From Dehalococcoidia bacterium (lineage in GTDB: Bacteria; Chloroflexota; Dehalococcoidia; Lucifugimonadales; UBA3495): a stretch of 64,000 nucleotides of DNA. The notes beneath the pieces are model-generated. The model had not been told where the DNA came from and did not search any database. It worked only from the letters and a program-made list of their open reading frames with translations. The DNA is taken from positions 1,498,224-1,562,223 of the forward strand of contig OY761558.1 in assembly GCA_963664725.1 (NCBI GenBank). The letters run 5' to 3'. The translations under genes were made by a program, and so were the position numbers. Below, piece after piece: positions 27,737-37,607 of the stretch (within the stretch, counting starts at the first letter, position 1; each line of letters starts with the position of its first letter).

Positions 27737-27888
27737 TGTTAGTCACGGGAGCGCAGCAGCAGGGCTAAAGCTCGGTGAAGCTAATCATGCTTGTGCTGGC
27801 GTTCAGGGTGAATTTGACCTTTTTCCCTATTTCAACCCCAATAGTAAAGCCATAGGGCAGAATGGCGGAAAGTGGGCCTGTTCGATAT

Positions 27889-28158
27889 TCATACTCTTTG
27901 GGCTGCTCCTTGTCCACCATTTGAAAGTATAATGGCAGGCGTCAGTCCAACCTGGGTGATAAAGTACTCAAAGAAATTTAACCCAGCTGCGCCCGCAGCC
28001 TCATCTGCTTCATCATAGGTCTGGTAAACCCCAAAGAGTTTCGAGTCATCAATCACCACCCACTTCCCCCAATGTTCGCGCTCCAAAGCTTCCTTCAATT
28101 CGTCATAAGCCAGGGCGTTGACAAAGCGCGGGTCGTCATACAGATTTAAGACTTTCAT
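27889..28158 (-). CDS. small hypothetical protein (DUF5678-like)
   Basis: LEREHWGKWVVI..LFGVY.T.DEA; AT-richer. Confidence 0.65.
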   Translation of the reverse strand: MKVLNLYDDPRFVNALAYDELKEALEREHWGKWVVIDDSKLFGVYQTYDEADEAAGAAGLNFFEYFITQVGLTPAIILSNGGQGAAQRV

Positions 28159-28207
28159 GGCTCTCCTGTGCCCTACCTCGTAGCCTGTTCCCAGTCTAAC
28201 ACATGCC

Positions 28208-28561
28208 TTATCTGTTCCGGTCGATGATGGCCCGGCGGTGGGTGCCTTCGCCTATTTTGCGGTCGCCGTCGTAGGCTTCCACGTTGAAGTTGAGGCGGTT
28301 GCGGTTGACCTCGACCAGTTCGGCGTGGGCAATGACGGTGGCGCCGATGTCGGAAGGGGCGAGGTGGCGCACGTTGACCTCAAAGCCCACGGAGGTCTGG
28401 CCTTCCTCCAGGTAGGGGTCCACGGCAGCGATGGCCGCTCGTTCCATCAGGCTGATCATGGATGGGGTGCTGAATTTGTCCACATGGCCGGCCACGTTGT
28501 GCTCGCAGACCAGGGTCTGACGTTCGCCCTTCAGACCCGGGGTTATCTTCTCGCTCACCAT
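28208..28561 (-). CDS. FlK-like thioesterase family protein
   Basis: STPSMISLME, SVGFEVNVRHLAP, GEGTHRR. Confidence 0.88.
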   Translation of the reverse strand: MVSEKITPGLKGERQTLVCEHNVAGHVDKFSTPSMISLMERAAIAAVDPYLEEGQTSVGFEVNVRHLAPSDIGATVIAHAELVEVNRNRLNFNVEAYDGDRKIGEGTHRRAIIDRNR

Positions 28562-28732
28562 TTGAGAGTTGCCTCCTTTATGCCGTCGAATAAAACGTGG
28601 AATGGAACATGGATACACAGGATAGACAGGATGATGGCAAATTACAAACCAATGGGTCCGGGCCTTCAAACCCTTCTTCCTTGAACGGCCACCTTAATTG
28701 ATATATGATTGCGCCGCCGGAGAGAGGGAATA

Positions 28733-29656
28733 ATGCCAAGCAATCGTCATCTTTTGTCAGTAACCGACCTAAACTCACTGGAAACCGGTACCCTGATAGG
28801 GCGCGCCCTGGAAATGAAGGGGGCCGATCAGGGAGGCGCGGCCAGGGCCCTGGAGGGCAAGAGCGTTGCCCTGCTGTTTGAAAAGCCGTCGCTGCGCACC
28901 AAGGTCAGCTTCATGGTGGGCATCCAGGAAATGGGGGGCTATTCGCTGTACCTGGGCCCCGACGAGGTGGGACTGGGAACGCGAGAACCGGTATCGGACG
29001 TGGCGCGGGTGCTGTCCGGCTACGTGGACTGTATAGTGGCCCGGGTCAATTCGCACCACAGCCTGGAGGAACTGGCCGAGTACGGCAGCGTGCCGGTCAT
29101 CAATGCACTGTCCGACTGGGAGCACCCCTGCCAGATAATGGCGGACCTGCTGACGGTGACGGAGCACCAGGGAGAACTGGCGGGACGCAAGCTGGCCTTC
29201 ATCGGCGACGGCAACAACGTGGCCCGCAGCCTGTGCCTGGCACTGCCAGCGGTGGGCATGGATATTGCCATCGCTTCGCCCGCCGGGTATATGCTGGAGC
29301 GGGAGACTCTGCTGAAGGCCAGGGAGATTGGAGGGCGACAAGAAGGAATACAGTCGCTCAGGGACCCGGCGGAGGCGGTGAAGGACGCAGACGTGGTCTA
29401 TACGGATGTGTGGACCAGCATGGGCGACGAGGCGGAACGGTACGCGCGGCTGGAGGCATTCCAGGGCTATACGGTGGACCCGGCACTGGTGCGCCAGGCC
29501 AAGCCCACCGCCAGCTTTATGCACGATATGCCGGCCCACTATGGGGAGGAAGTAACCCCGGGGATGCTGGAACACCCTCAGTCCGTCGCCTACGCCCAGG
29601 CGCATAACCGTAAACACGCCCAGAAAGCAGTGCTAGAGTTTCTGCTTTCCAGTTAG
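28733..29656 (+). CDS. argF: ornithine carbamoyltransferase
   Basis: FEKPSLRT, HPCQ, DVWTSMG; variant HDMP in place of HCLP. Confidence 0.88.
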   Translation: MPSNRHLLSVTDLNSLETGTLIGRALEMKGADQGGAARALEGKSVALLFEKPSLRTKVSFMVGIQEMGGYSLYLGPDEVGLGTREPVSDVARVLSGYVDCIVARVNSHHSLEELAEYGSVPVINALSDWEHPCQIMADLLTVTEHQGELAGRKLAFIGDGNNVARSLCLALPAVGMDIAIASPAGYMLERETLLKAREIGGRQEGIQSLRDPAEAVKDADVVYTDVWTSMGDEAERYARLEAFQGYTVDPALVRQAKPTASFMHDMPAHYGEEVTPGMLEHPQSVAYAQAHNRKHAQKAVLEFLLSS

Positions 29657-29756
29657 TTTATCCACGAATAGACACGACGAAGAACGATAGAAAAATGGTC
29701 TGGCGACCCAGTAATTCTAAGGTCATTTGGCAGAAATATTGAAGGGTTCGGGGCTT

Positions 29757-31214
29757 ATGGTGCAGGAAAGCGATATTACCGACAACTTAAACGAACAGCC
29801 GGAGCAGACGCTGCCCATTGTGGCGGTGGTGGGGCGGCCCAATGTGGGCAAGTCGTCGCTGTTTAACCGGATCCTTTCGCGGCGGCACGCCATTGTTTCG
29901 GACGTGGCGGGGACCACCCGCGACCGGCTGATGTCGGAAGTGGATTGGGACACCTACCGGTTTATCCTGGTGGACACGGGGGGGCTGGAGTCGGACCCGG
30001 AAGGGCATATCCGGGAGATGGTGCAGGAACAGGCGGACATGGCCATGTCCGGCGCCGACGTGATCGTATTTGTTACCGACGGCGCCGACGGGATGACTCC
30101 CACCGACCAGGAGATAGCCGACCGGCTGCGGCGGGCCCGCAAACCGGTGATCCTGGCGGTGAACAAGATAGATAACGACCGCCGGGAAGTGGACGCGTCC
30201 GAGTTCTACCAGATGGGTCTGGAAGAAACGGTGATGATCAGCGCCTACCACAACTACGGCATTTACGACCTGATGGACCGGGTGCTGTTCCACCTGCCCC
30301 CGCCCGCCTACGTGCCACCGCAGGACGAAGACGACGAGTGGGACGAGGAATTCGCCGACGATGATGAAGGCATCGCAGTCAATCCGCCCCTGCCGGCGGC
30401 AGCCTCGGAAATGCGGCTGACGATAGTGGGTCGTACCAACGTGGGCAAGTCCATGCTGCTGAACGCCATCCTGGGACAGGAGCGGTCCATCGTCAGCGAC
30501 GTGGCCGGAACCACCCGGGACGCGCTGGACACCCAGATGATCTACCGGGACCGGCCAGTCACGCTGATCGACACGGCCGGCATCCGGCGGCCAGGGCAGG
30601 TGCAGCCGGGCATAGAAAAGTACAGCGTAATGCGGTCGGTGAACGCCGTCAGCCGCGCCGACATCACCCTGGTAATTACCGACGCGTCGGAACTGGCCAC
30701 CGCCCAGGATGCCCACATCTCGGGGCTGGCGTGGGATTTGTGCAAGGGCATAATCGTGGTGGTCAACAAGTGGGACCTGGTGCCTGAGAACAACCGGTGG
30801 GCGCGGGAAGAAGCCATTGTCCGCATCCAGGACCGGTTTCACTTCATGCCCTACGTACCCATCTGCTTCACGTCGGCGCTGAACCGGCAGGGAATCACCA
30901 CCCTGATGCAAACGGCCATTGATCTGTGGAACGAGCGGATGCGGTGGATACCGGGGCGGGACCTGCAGTATCTGCTGGCGGAAGCCCTGTCGGAACACCA
31001 CCCGCCGCCGGTAAAGGGCAGGGGCATACGACGGGGCGAGTTCCTGCGCATCACCCGGGTGAACCAGGTGGGAGTCAACCCGCCGACCTTCCTGTTTTCG
31101 TGCAACAACCCCAGGCTGGTGCACTTCACCTACCAGCGTTACCTAGAGAACCGGATTCGCGAGCGGTTCCGGTTCGACCACACCCACCTGAAACTGGTGT
31201 TCCGACAACGATGA
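29757..31214 (+). CDS. der: ribosome biogenesis GTPase Der/EngA
   Basis: Two G-domains (GRPNVGKS, GRTNVGKS), acidic linker, YQRYLEN. Confidence 0.97.
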   Translation: MVQESDITDNLNEQPEQTLPIVAVVGRPNVGKSSLFNRILSRRHAIVSDVAGTTRDRLMSEVDWDTYRFILVDTGGLESDPEGHIREMVQEQADMAMSGADVIVFVTDGADGMTPTDQEIADRLRRARKPVILAVNKIDNDRREVDASEFYQMGLEETVMISAYHNYGIYDLMDRVLFHLPPPAYVPPQDEDDEWDEEFADDDEGIAVNPPLPAAASEMRLTIVGRTNVGKSMLLNAILGQERSIVSDVAGTTRDALDTQMIYRDRPVTLIDTAGIRRPGQVQPGIEKYSVMRSVNAVSRADITLVITDASELATAQDAHISGLAWDLCKGIIVVVNKWDLVPENNRWAREEAIVRIQDRFHFMPYVPICFTSALNRQGITTLMQTAIDLWNERMRWIPGRDLQYLLAEALSEHHPPPVKGRGIRRGEFLRITRVNQVGVNPPTFLFSCNNPRLVHFTYQRYLENRIRERFRFDHTHLKLVFRQR

Positions 31215-31951
31215 AGGGCTATTTGACCCCGTCGGCGCTGAGTTCGCTGATAGCCGTACCAGTGCTGGTGGCGGCATCGGTGGCGGCGCTGCTCACCCTG
31301 TCGGAGGCGCCCACCCTGTACCGGTACGCCGCCGTGCTGCCCCTGGCCTACGTGATGGGCGCGCTGCCCTGGGGCTACGTGGTGCTGCTGATGCACCGGG
31401 GCATAGATATACGCGACTACGGCAGCGGGCGGACGGGGGTGTCCAACGCGCTGCGGACGGCCGGTTACAAGCCGGCGGGACTGGTGCTGGTCCTGGACAT
31501 GGTGAAGGGAATTGCCGCGGTGCTGCTGGCCCGCTCCCTGATCGGAGACCCTACGGCGGAAGTGGCGGCCGGACTGATGGCCCTGGTGGGCCACAACTGG
31601 CCGGTGTTCCTGGGTTTCCGGGGCGGCAGGGGCATTGCGCCGGGACTGGGCGGGCTGGCGGTGATGTCGCCCCTTTCCGCCGTCTGCGGAGTGGCAGTTT
31701 TCCTGCCCATCTGCGTCTTCACCCGCTACCTGTCGCTGGGGTCCATGCTGGGGGTGGGGACGGCCTGCCTGGCGCTGCTGGCGCTGATGCTGCTGGGCTT
31801 CAATCCGCTGGGCGGCATATCCAATCTGTATCTAATCTACGGGCTGCTGGGGGGGTCGGTGATAATCTGGCAGCACCGGGACAACATACAACGCCTGCTG
31901 AACGGCACGGAGCGGCGGATAGGCACGCCGGCGGCGCCGGTTGAACAGTAG
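31211..31951 (+). CDS. plsY: glycerol-3-phosphate acyltransferase
   Basis: DIRDYGSG, GHNWPVF..GGRG, HRDNIQRL; follows der. Confidence 0.93.
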   Translation: MKGYLTPSALSSLIAVPVLVAASVAALLTLSEAPTLYRYAAVLPLAYVMGALPWGYVVLLMHRGIDIRDYGSGRTGVSNALRTAGYKPAGLVLVLDMVKGIAAVLLARSLIGDPTAEVAAGLMALVGHNWPVFLGFRGGRGIAPGLGGLAVMSPLSAVCGVAVFLPICVFTRYLSLGSMLGVGTACLALLALMLLGFNPLGGISNLYLIYGLLGGSVIIWQHRDNIQRLLNGTERRIGTPAAPVEQ

Positions 31952-32196
31952 CGGGGTGGTGCCGGGCCCATCTTCCCTTTGTCGTAGCTGACCGCACCTT
32001 ACTGGATTCCGGCTTTCGCCGGTGTTACAGTTGCAACACTTACCGCCAATGATCATCCTGGCCACCGCCGTTTCTTCGGGCGGTTCAGGGCAGACTCCGC
32101 CCTTCGCCTGCGTTGCGCGAGACCTCCAGTAGCTGCACAAGAATAGACCCTCACCTACAGTGGGTGAGGGTTTCGTCAAGGAGACCGGTGTCATTA

Positions 32197-32406
32197 CTAA
32201 GCCCGGTTGAAGTCCTGCCTGCTGATATCCAAGTCCCGTAAGATTCCAGCTAATGTGCCATTGGGCAGGTCCTTGCTGCCCCAGTCCTGTATCGTGGTTC
32301 GTTTGCGGATAGCCGGATTAATCCATATCTTGTGGGAGCCTTTTGCTTCCCGGTCAAACTCACACCCGCACCGGCGCAGCTTCCTAGTTATTTCCGCATA
32401 TGTCAT
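32197..32406 (-). CDS. hicA: HicA family toxin
   Basis: KGSHKIW..DLPNGTLAGILRDL. Confidence 0.88.
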   Translation of the reverse strand: MTYAEITRKLRRCGCEFDREAKGSHKIWINPAIRKRTTIQDWGSKDLPNGTLAGILRDLDISRQDFNRA

Positions 32407-32657
32407 GCAGTGACTAGGATCTGTTCATCATCGACTCGCAAAGCGGTCACCTCGTGTGGTAACTCTTCCCCGTGTTCACGATAAGAATTGATGAACTGCT
32501 GGGCTACGTCCTGGAGGCAGGTTACTGCCTCGTTTTTCGTGGAGCCCCACGCACGACAACCAGGCAGCGCCGGGATTTCAACCATATAGGTCCAGCCGGT
32601 TTCTTCAGCAGGCTTGTGGGTCACATACGGCAATCTATACTGAGCCATATCCATCAC
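32403..32657 (-). CDS. hicB: HicB family antitoxin
   Basis: IPALPGCRAWGST..EA; overlaps hicA by 4 nt. Confidence 0.88.
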   Translation of the reverse strand: MMDMAQYRLPYVTHKPAEETGWTYMVEIPALPGCRAWGSTKNEAVTCLQDVAQQFINSYREHGEELPHEVTALRVDDEQILVTA

Positions 32658-32838
32658 CCCGCTATCTGTACGTCAGTCAATCTGTCTGTCCTCTGTCAGG
32701 GATTATAACACCCTGCTTTACGCCATAATCTCACCATCACCTACAGTGAGGGAGGATACGCGGAGTGTAGAGGGCTCTTGTCCAGTTGCCAATTAAGGAA
32801 GCAAAAGGGTCATCGGCGCGCTACTTTTCGGCCCCATC

Positions 32839-33065
32839 CTAAACCAAAGCCGCAGTGGGATGTACATTTCCATAATGGGCGGGCAGGCATCGGGTCAGAA
32901 TTACCTACTGCCATACTGTCAATCTGAGTGAAGCGACGGATCCAGATTTCTAAAGGTCGGAAAGTTATTTGGCGGCCAGGATTCTAGATCCTTCACTCCG
33001 TTCAGGAAGACAGTCTTCTCCCAGCAGGTCGTTCCTGGGTACATTCCAGCATGGCTTTGGTTTAG
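32839..33065. mobile_element. MITE-like element with 27-bp imperfect terminal inverted repeats
   Basis: CTAAACCAAAGCC..GATGTAC / GTACATT..GGCTTTGGTTTAG (22/27 match); contains a TGTCA repeat pair. Confidence 0.55.
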
Positions 33066-33123
33066 CTTTCCCACGTCAAGGGGAAGGGACTTCTTTTCGG
33101 CCCGATCCCAGCCTTCCAAACGG

Positions 33124-33615
33124 CTAGGGGCGGGATTCGCGGACGCACTGTTCCAGCAGGTCCAGGGCTGCCTGGGCGAAGACCCACATGTTGTCCTCGC
33201 GGTTGTCGTCGCCCGTTTCGACGGTGATTACCTTTTCCACCGGGCCGGAGACGGCGATGCAGGCGTGGCCAGCGGAGTCGCCGTAGCGGTTGCCGGTGGG
33301 GCCGCTGGCGCCGGTTTCGCTGACGGCCCAGGTGGTGCCGAGCTTTTCGCGGATGGTGCGGGCGTTAAGCTGGGCGTAGGGTTCGCTGCTGGACCGGATG
33401 CCCTCCATGGCGGAATCGGGAACGTCAAGCAGGCCATGGTGGGAGGTACGGGTGTAGACCACCGCGCCGCCCACGTAATAGGCGGAAGCCCCGGGCACGG
33501 CCACCAGGGTGGCGGAAATCAGGCCGCCGCAACTGGACTCGGAAACGGAGAGGGATCCACCCGTCTCCTTCAACAAGGCTCCAATGGATTCGGATACGGA
33601 AGTCAGGTCGGGCAT
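33124..33615 (-). CDS. CinA/PncC family protein, second paralog
   Basis: SESSCGG, PGASAYY, ETGASGP. Confidence 0.88.
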   Translation of the reverse strand: MPDLTSVSESIGALLKETGGSLSVSESSCGGLISATLVAVPGASAYYVGGAVVYTRTSHHGLLDVPDSAMEGIRSSSEPYAQLNARTIREKLGTTWAVSETGASGPTGNRYGDSAGHACIAVSGPVEKVITVETGDDNREDNMWVFAQAALDLLEQCVRESRP

Positions 33616-33742
33616 TTTTCAACTCCTTTTGAAACAAAGCCAATGTTGGATGTGTATTTCCACATTGGACAGGCAGGCCTTCGGTCAGGGCGCCTAACGG
33701 CCAAGCTGGTCATTCCTCTGTACTTTCGACCCTGACCCTGAT

Positions 33743-33916
33743 TCAGTCCCTAAAAGTCTTTCTGTACCGAAGCACGAAGATTGTTACCAGGGCCACTACC
33801 AGGATAACAAGGAACACGGCGCCGGATATGCGGCCGGGCGCAAAGGCCTGGACCAGGGCAAAGGCAATAATGAAAAGTAGCGGAATGCCCAGCCAAAGGG
33901 CGTGGTTCCGGTGCAT
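33743..33916 (-). CDS. small 2-TM membrane protein (57 aa), absent from the ORF track
   Basis: MHRNHALWLGIPLLFIIAFALVQAFAPGRISGAVFLVILVVALVTIFVLRYRKTFRD; GAGG RBS. Confidence 0.6.
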   Translation of the reverse strand: MHRNHALWLGIPLLFIIAFALVQAFAPGRISGAVFLVILVVALVTIFVLRYRKTFRD

Positions 33917-34038
33917 CTATCGCCTCAGGTTATTGAACATGGATGGACAGGATATACAGGATCAGGTTAACCCGATGCAAGGGCCTTTGCCTCTTGATCA
34001 GTCAGCCTGTATATCCTTTCAGTCCATGTTCGAATTCA

Positions 34039-35082
34039 TTACCCCAGGGTTGGGTCTAGGATGACCTTGCCCAGGGGTTCGTTGCTGTCTACCAGCTTGT
34101 GGGCTTCGACGGCGTGGGACAGGGGCAGGGTGCGGTCTATCAGCACCTGGAACTCGCCTTTGGCCGTCTGGGCCAGGGATTCCTCCAGTTCGGCGCGGCC
34201 TTCGGCGCCCAGGCCGCTCATCACATGCAGGCGGCGCTGATAGAGTTTCTTCAAGTCGAGAGTTACCATGCCGCCGCCGTGGGCACCCACGGTTGCCAGG
34301 CGGCCACCCCGGGCCATGCTGTTGAATGCGCCGTCCCACTGGGTGGGGTCGCCGATGTTCTCGAAGACGGCGTCCACGCCCCGACCGCCGGTGATGCGCA
34401 TTACCTCGGCTTCCAGGTCGTCGCGCCGGTAGTTGACGCCGTGCTGGGCGCCCAGGTCCAGGCCGACAGCGACGCGCTCGTCGGCCCCGGCGCCGGCGAT
34501 GATGTTGGCGCCGATGGTGCGAGCTACCTGGATGATGCAGCTGCCCAGTCCGCCAGACGCGCCCATTACCAGGGCCCAGTCACCGGCCTGCAGGTTGGTC
34601 AGGCGGGTCTGGGCGATGGCCAGGGGGAAGTGGCGGGCCACTACGGTAGCCTCACCGTAGGACAGGCCGTCGGGGATGGTGACGCAGTTGGATGCCGGAA
34701 CCTTGACGTACTCGGCGTAACCGCCCCACAGGTGAATGCCCAGCATGCGCCGGTTGGCGCACTGGAAGTGGCTACCGGAGTTGCACTGTTCACAGGCGTT
34801 GCAGTGGATGCCCTGGGAGATGGCCACCCGCTCGCCGACGGCAGGGGACGCAACGCCGTCGCCCGCTTCCACCACCTCGCCGGCCGGGTCGTTGCCCAGC
34901 ACCAGGGGCAGGATGGCGCCGTAGCCGCCGCCGTCCTGGCGCACCTGCAGGTCCAGGGTGCGGTTGACCGACACCGAGTGTACCTTGACCAGCACCTCGC
35001 CGGGGCCGGGGGTGGGAGCCTGGGGGTCTTCCCACTGCATCACTTCGGGTTCCCCGAACCGGTGGATGACCATTGCCTTCAT
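34039..35082 (-). CDS. zinc-binding dehydrogenase/quinone oxidoreductase (MDR)
   Basis: Structural Zn motif CNACEQC..C, GGYAEY, GASGGLG, GKVIL. Confidence 0.92.
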   Translation of the reverse strand: MKAMVIHRFGEPEVMQWEDPQAPTPGPGEVLVKVHSVSVNRTLDLQVRQDGGGYGAILPLVLGNDPAGEVVEAGDGVASPAVGERVAISQGIHCNACEQCNSGSHFQCANRRMLGIHLWGGYAEYVKVPASNCVTIPDGLSYGEATVVARHFPLAIAQTRLTNLQAGDWALVMGASGGLGSCIIQVARTIGANIIAGAGADERVAVGLDLGAQHGVNYRRDDLEAEVMRITGGRGVDAVFENIGDPTQWDGAFNSMARGGRLATVGAHGGGMVTLDLKKLYQRRLHVMSGLGAEGRAELEESLAQTAKGEFQVLIDRTLPLSHAVEAHKLVDSNEPLGKVILDPTLG

Positions 35083-35258
35083 TCCAGTCTCCTGCTTTTG
35101 CCGAGTCACGGGTGGCTTGTGTGGCGGGAACCCTTTACCAGAGACTTTCTCAAGGGCAGGAAGGAGCAGCGCAATTGAGAGAGACTCAATGTGGGGATTC
35201 CCGTCACCCCCATCCTAACCTTCCCCCATCAAGGGGGAAGGAACCTTTGTAATGACTT

Positions 35259-37100
35259 CTAGGGGCTGTAGCCGCTGCTGGTGCCGGGTCCCTCGCGTAC
35301 GGGCCTGGGCTCCTCCCAATAACTGGCAGCTGACAATTCCATGTTTTCGAGCATACTCCCCACGTCCTGGTAGGCCTGCAGGTGACCCAGTTGACTGCGG
35401 AGATAGTCGTACTCTTCCAGCAGCACGGTCAGGCGCTGGGGAGCCTCTGACCCGCCGGTGCCGTAGCCGCCATCGTCCAGGCTGGCGAAAATGTCGGCGG
35501 AGAGACCGGTGACTACGCCCAGCCGCAGCATTGGGTCCTGAAGCTGAGTGAACTCCTCTCTCCACGCGCCGGCTACGACGTCGTATTGCTCCCTGGAAAC
35601 ACCGCTGATGGGTTCTACCCACCGGATTTCGACATCACCCAGCCGGGCGGTGGCGGCGTTGCGGGTGGCCACCTGGGGGGTAAGCTGTATCTCGTAAAAG
35701 ACGGTGGTGGCAGTACCGGCGGGAATTTCGGCAAACTCCCTGCGGTTCTGGGTGAAGGTGGCGTCGGGAGTCACGCGGTTCTCATAGCCGACGATGCGCC
35801 AGTGGCTGACCATTTCAGGGTTCCAGGTGATTTGGGCCCGGGCCTGGTCGGCGAAGGGGTTGGTGATGCGGTCCCAGTTGGCCAGGCTGAAGGTGGCCTC
35901 CGCCTGCTGGGGCGTCTCAAAGTAGCGGTACCAGCCGTTGCCGAACTGGGCGATCTGCTCCAGAAGGTGGTCGTTACCGTCGATACCCACGCCGATGGTG
36001 ACGATGCGGATGGGGTTGGTGCGCGAGTACTCGCTGTCCTGGCCCACGTTGTGGAGAATCCCGAAGGGGTCGGTAGCGTTGACGTTGGCCACACCGTCGG
36101 AGAAAAGGATGACGTAGTTGACGGCTTCGGGATTGTCCCTGCGGGCCCCGTCGGCCAGCCACAGGGCCTCGTCCAGGCCGGCCTGAACGTTGGTGGAGCC
36201 GCGGGGCCACAGCCTGGTGATATCCCGATCTCTCCTTGCGTTGCGGGGCGAAGTATGGGACATGACGTAATTTACCCGGTCTTCGAACTTCACCACGGCG
36301 ACGCGGTCTCTGTCTCGCAGGTTGTCGAGGATGGTCTGGGCAGCCCTTTCGGCAATCTGCAGGCGGTTGCCGGTTCTCATGGACCCGGAGGTGTCCAACA
36401 CCAGGGTCACGTTCACAGGCCGGCGCTTCTGGGCGTCTGGAGCCTGGATGCCGACCCGGGCCAGATGCATTCCCTGGGTGTCCGGGTGATGGAAGACCTC
36501 GGTGTGAACGGCAAACTCGTCGGGCCGGCTGGGCCTGGGGTAGTCGTAGTTCAGGGAGTTGATCCACTCCTCGGCGCGCACGTCGGCCGGGTCAATCTGG
36601 TAGCCGTCCTGGGTCTCCTGGAGAGCCCGCTGGAAGGAAGCCCGGTCGGTGTCCAGACTGAAGGTGGAAATCGGGTCCAGATTTGCGCTGACCAGGGGCT
36701 GGGGACCGGTGGTGGCGGTGTCCCTGGGGATGTTCCTGGGAGCAGTTCTGGGGGCCGTGTTGGCGGGCCCGGACTGGTTCGTCTGAGCGCCCTGGGAGGC
36801 GGAAGACGACGGGGCTGACGATTGAGACTGGGCAGCCGGGGCGATGCTTTGCGGCTGGGGAGGCTGGAAGGCTGGTTGTGGCATGGACTCAGCTGCGGGA
36901 GCCGGTTGCATCACGGCAGGGGGAGGTGGTTGAGGTGGTGCCTGCACGGCAACAGGTGCTTCTGCGGCTCCGCCTGCCGAATCCGCAGAAGGCCGTTCGG
37001 ATTCGGCGGACTCGCCGCAGGCCACGCTCAGCAGCAGGAAGGCTATGCCCAGGGTGGCAGCTATACCTTTAACCGACCAGATGCTTATCTTTTGATTCAT
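35259..37100 (-). CDS. YfbK-like vWA domain lipoprotein
   Basis: Lipobox LSVAC, Pro/Ala/Gln linker, STFSLDTD, DTSGSM (MIDAS), SDGVAN, VGYENR. Confidence 0.9.
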   Translation of the reverse strand: MNQKISIWSVKGIAATLGIAFLLLSVACGESAESERPSADSAGGAAEAPVAVQAPPQPPPPAVMQPAPAAESMPQPAFQPPQPQSIAPAAQSQSSAPSSSASQGAQTNQSGPANTAPRTAPRNIPRDTATTGPQPLVSANLDPISTFSLDTDRASFQRALQETQDGYQIDPADVRAEEWINSLNYDYPRPSRPDEFAVHTEVFHHPDTQGMHLARVGIQAPDAQKRRPVNVTLVLDTSGSMRTGNRLQIAERAAQTILDNLRDRDRVAVVKFEDRVNYVMSHTSPRNARRDRDITRLWPRGSTNVQAGLDEALWLADGARRDNPEAVNYVILFSDGVANVNATDPFGILHNVGQDSEYSRTNPIRIVTIGVGIDGNDHLLEQIAQFGNGWYRYFETPQQAEATFSLANWDRITNPFADQARAQITWNPEMVSHWRIVGYENRVTPDATFTQNRREFAEIPAGTATTVFYEIQLTPQVATRNAATARLGDVEIRWVEPISGVSREQYDVVAGAWREEFTQLQDPMLRLGVVTGLSADIFASLDDGGYGTGGSEAPQRLTVLLEEYDYLRSQLGHLQAYQDVGSMLENMELSAASYWEEPRPVREGPGTSSGYSP

Positions 37101-37328
37101 TGCCGGGACCGTACGCTCTACAATGTTCCTCTTCACCTTTTCCTCCTCCTCTTCGCTGCAGGGTCGGTCGATGTTAGCCGTGGACGTTGTTTGATCCGAC
37201 ACTTTTAACTCGAACTAATGCGGTTGACGGAACCGATACCCCAACTATTTCCGGTACAAGTATATTGCCATTGGCGCTGATTGTAGAAGAACCTGGGTGC
37301 CTTCCTGCCATCCTCAAGATCAATGCCT

Positions 37329-37583
37329 TCAGTTGCGGGGTGGCGCGATGGCGGCCACTATCACCGGCATGGCCGCAAAGACGGCGATGGCCCCCAGACG
37401 GGCCAGGGGGCCGCCAAAGACGGTGCTAACCGCCCAGATGGCGCCGAAGGCCACGATACCGATCAGCAGCCCGATGAGAATGACGAGGTTGGGCTGGAGG
37501 TTTTTGCGGATGGCAAGCTGACGGGCGCCGAAATAGCTTCCGGCGAAAATTATGAACAGGACGATGGCGGCCGGAAATATCAA
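37329..37583 (-). CDS. small membrane protein
   Basis: Three hydrophobic segments. Confidence 0.6.
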   Translation of the reverse strand: MIFPAAIVLFIIFAGSYFGARQLAIRKNLQPNLVILIGLLIGIVAFGAIWAVSTVFGGPLARLGAIAVFAAMPVIVAAIAPPRN

Positions 37584-37607
37584 GGCAGTCCCCCAGCATA
37601 TCCGTAC

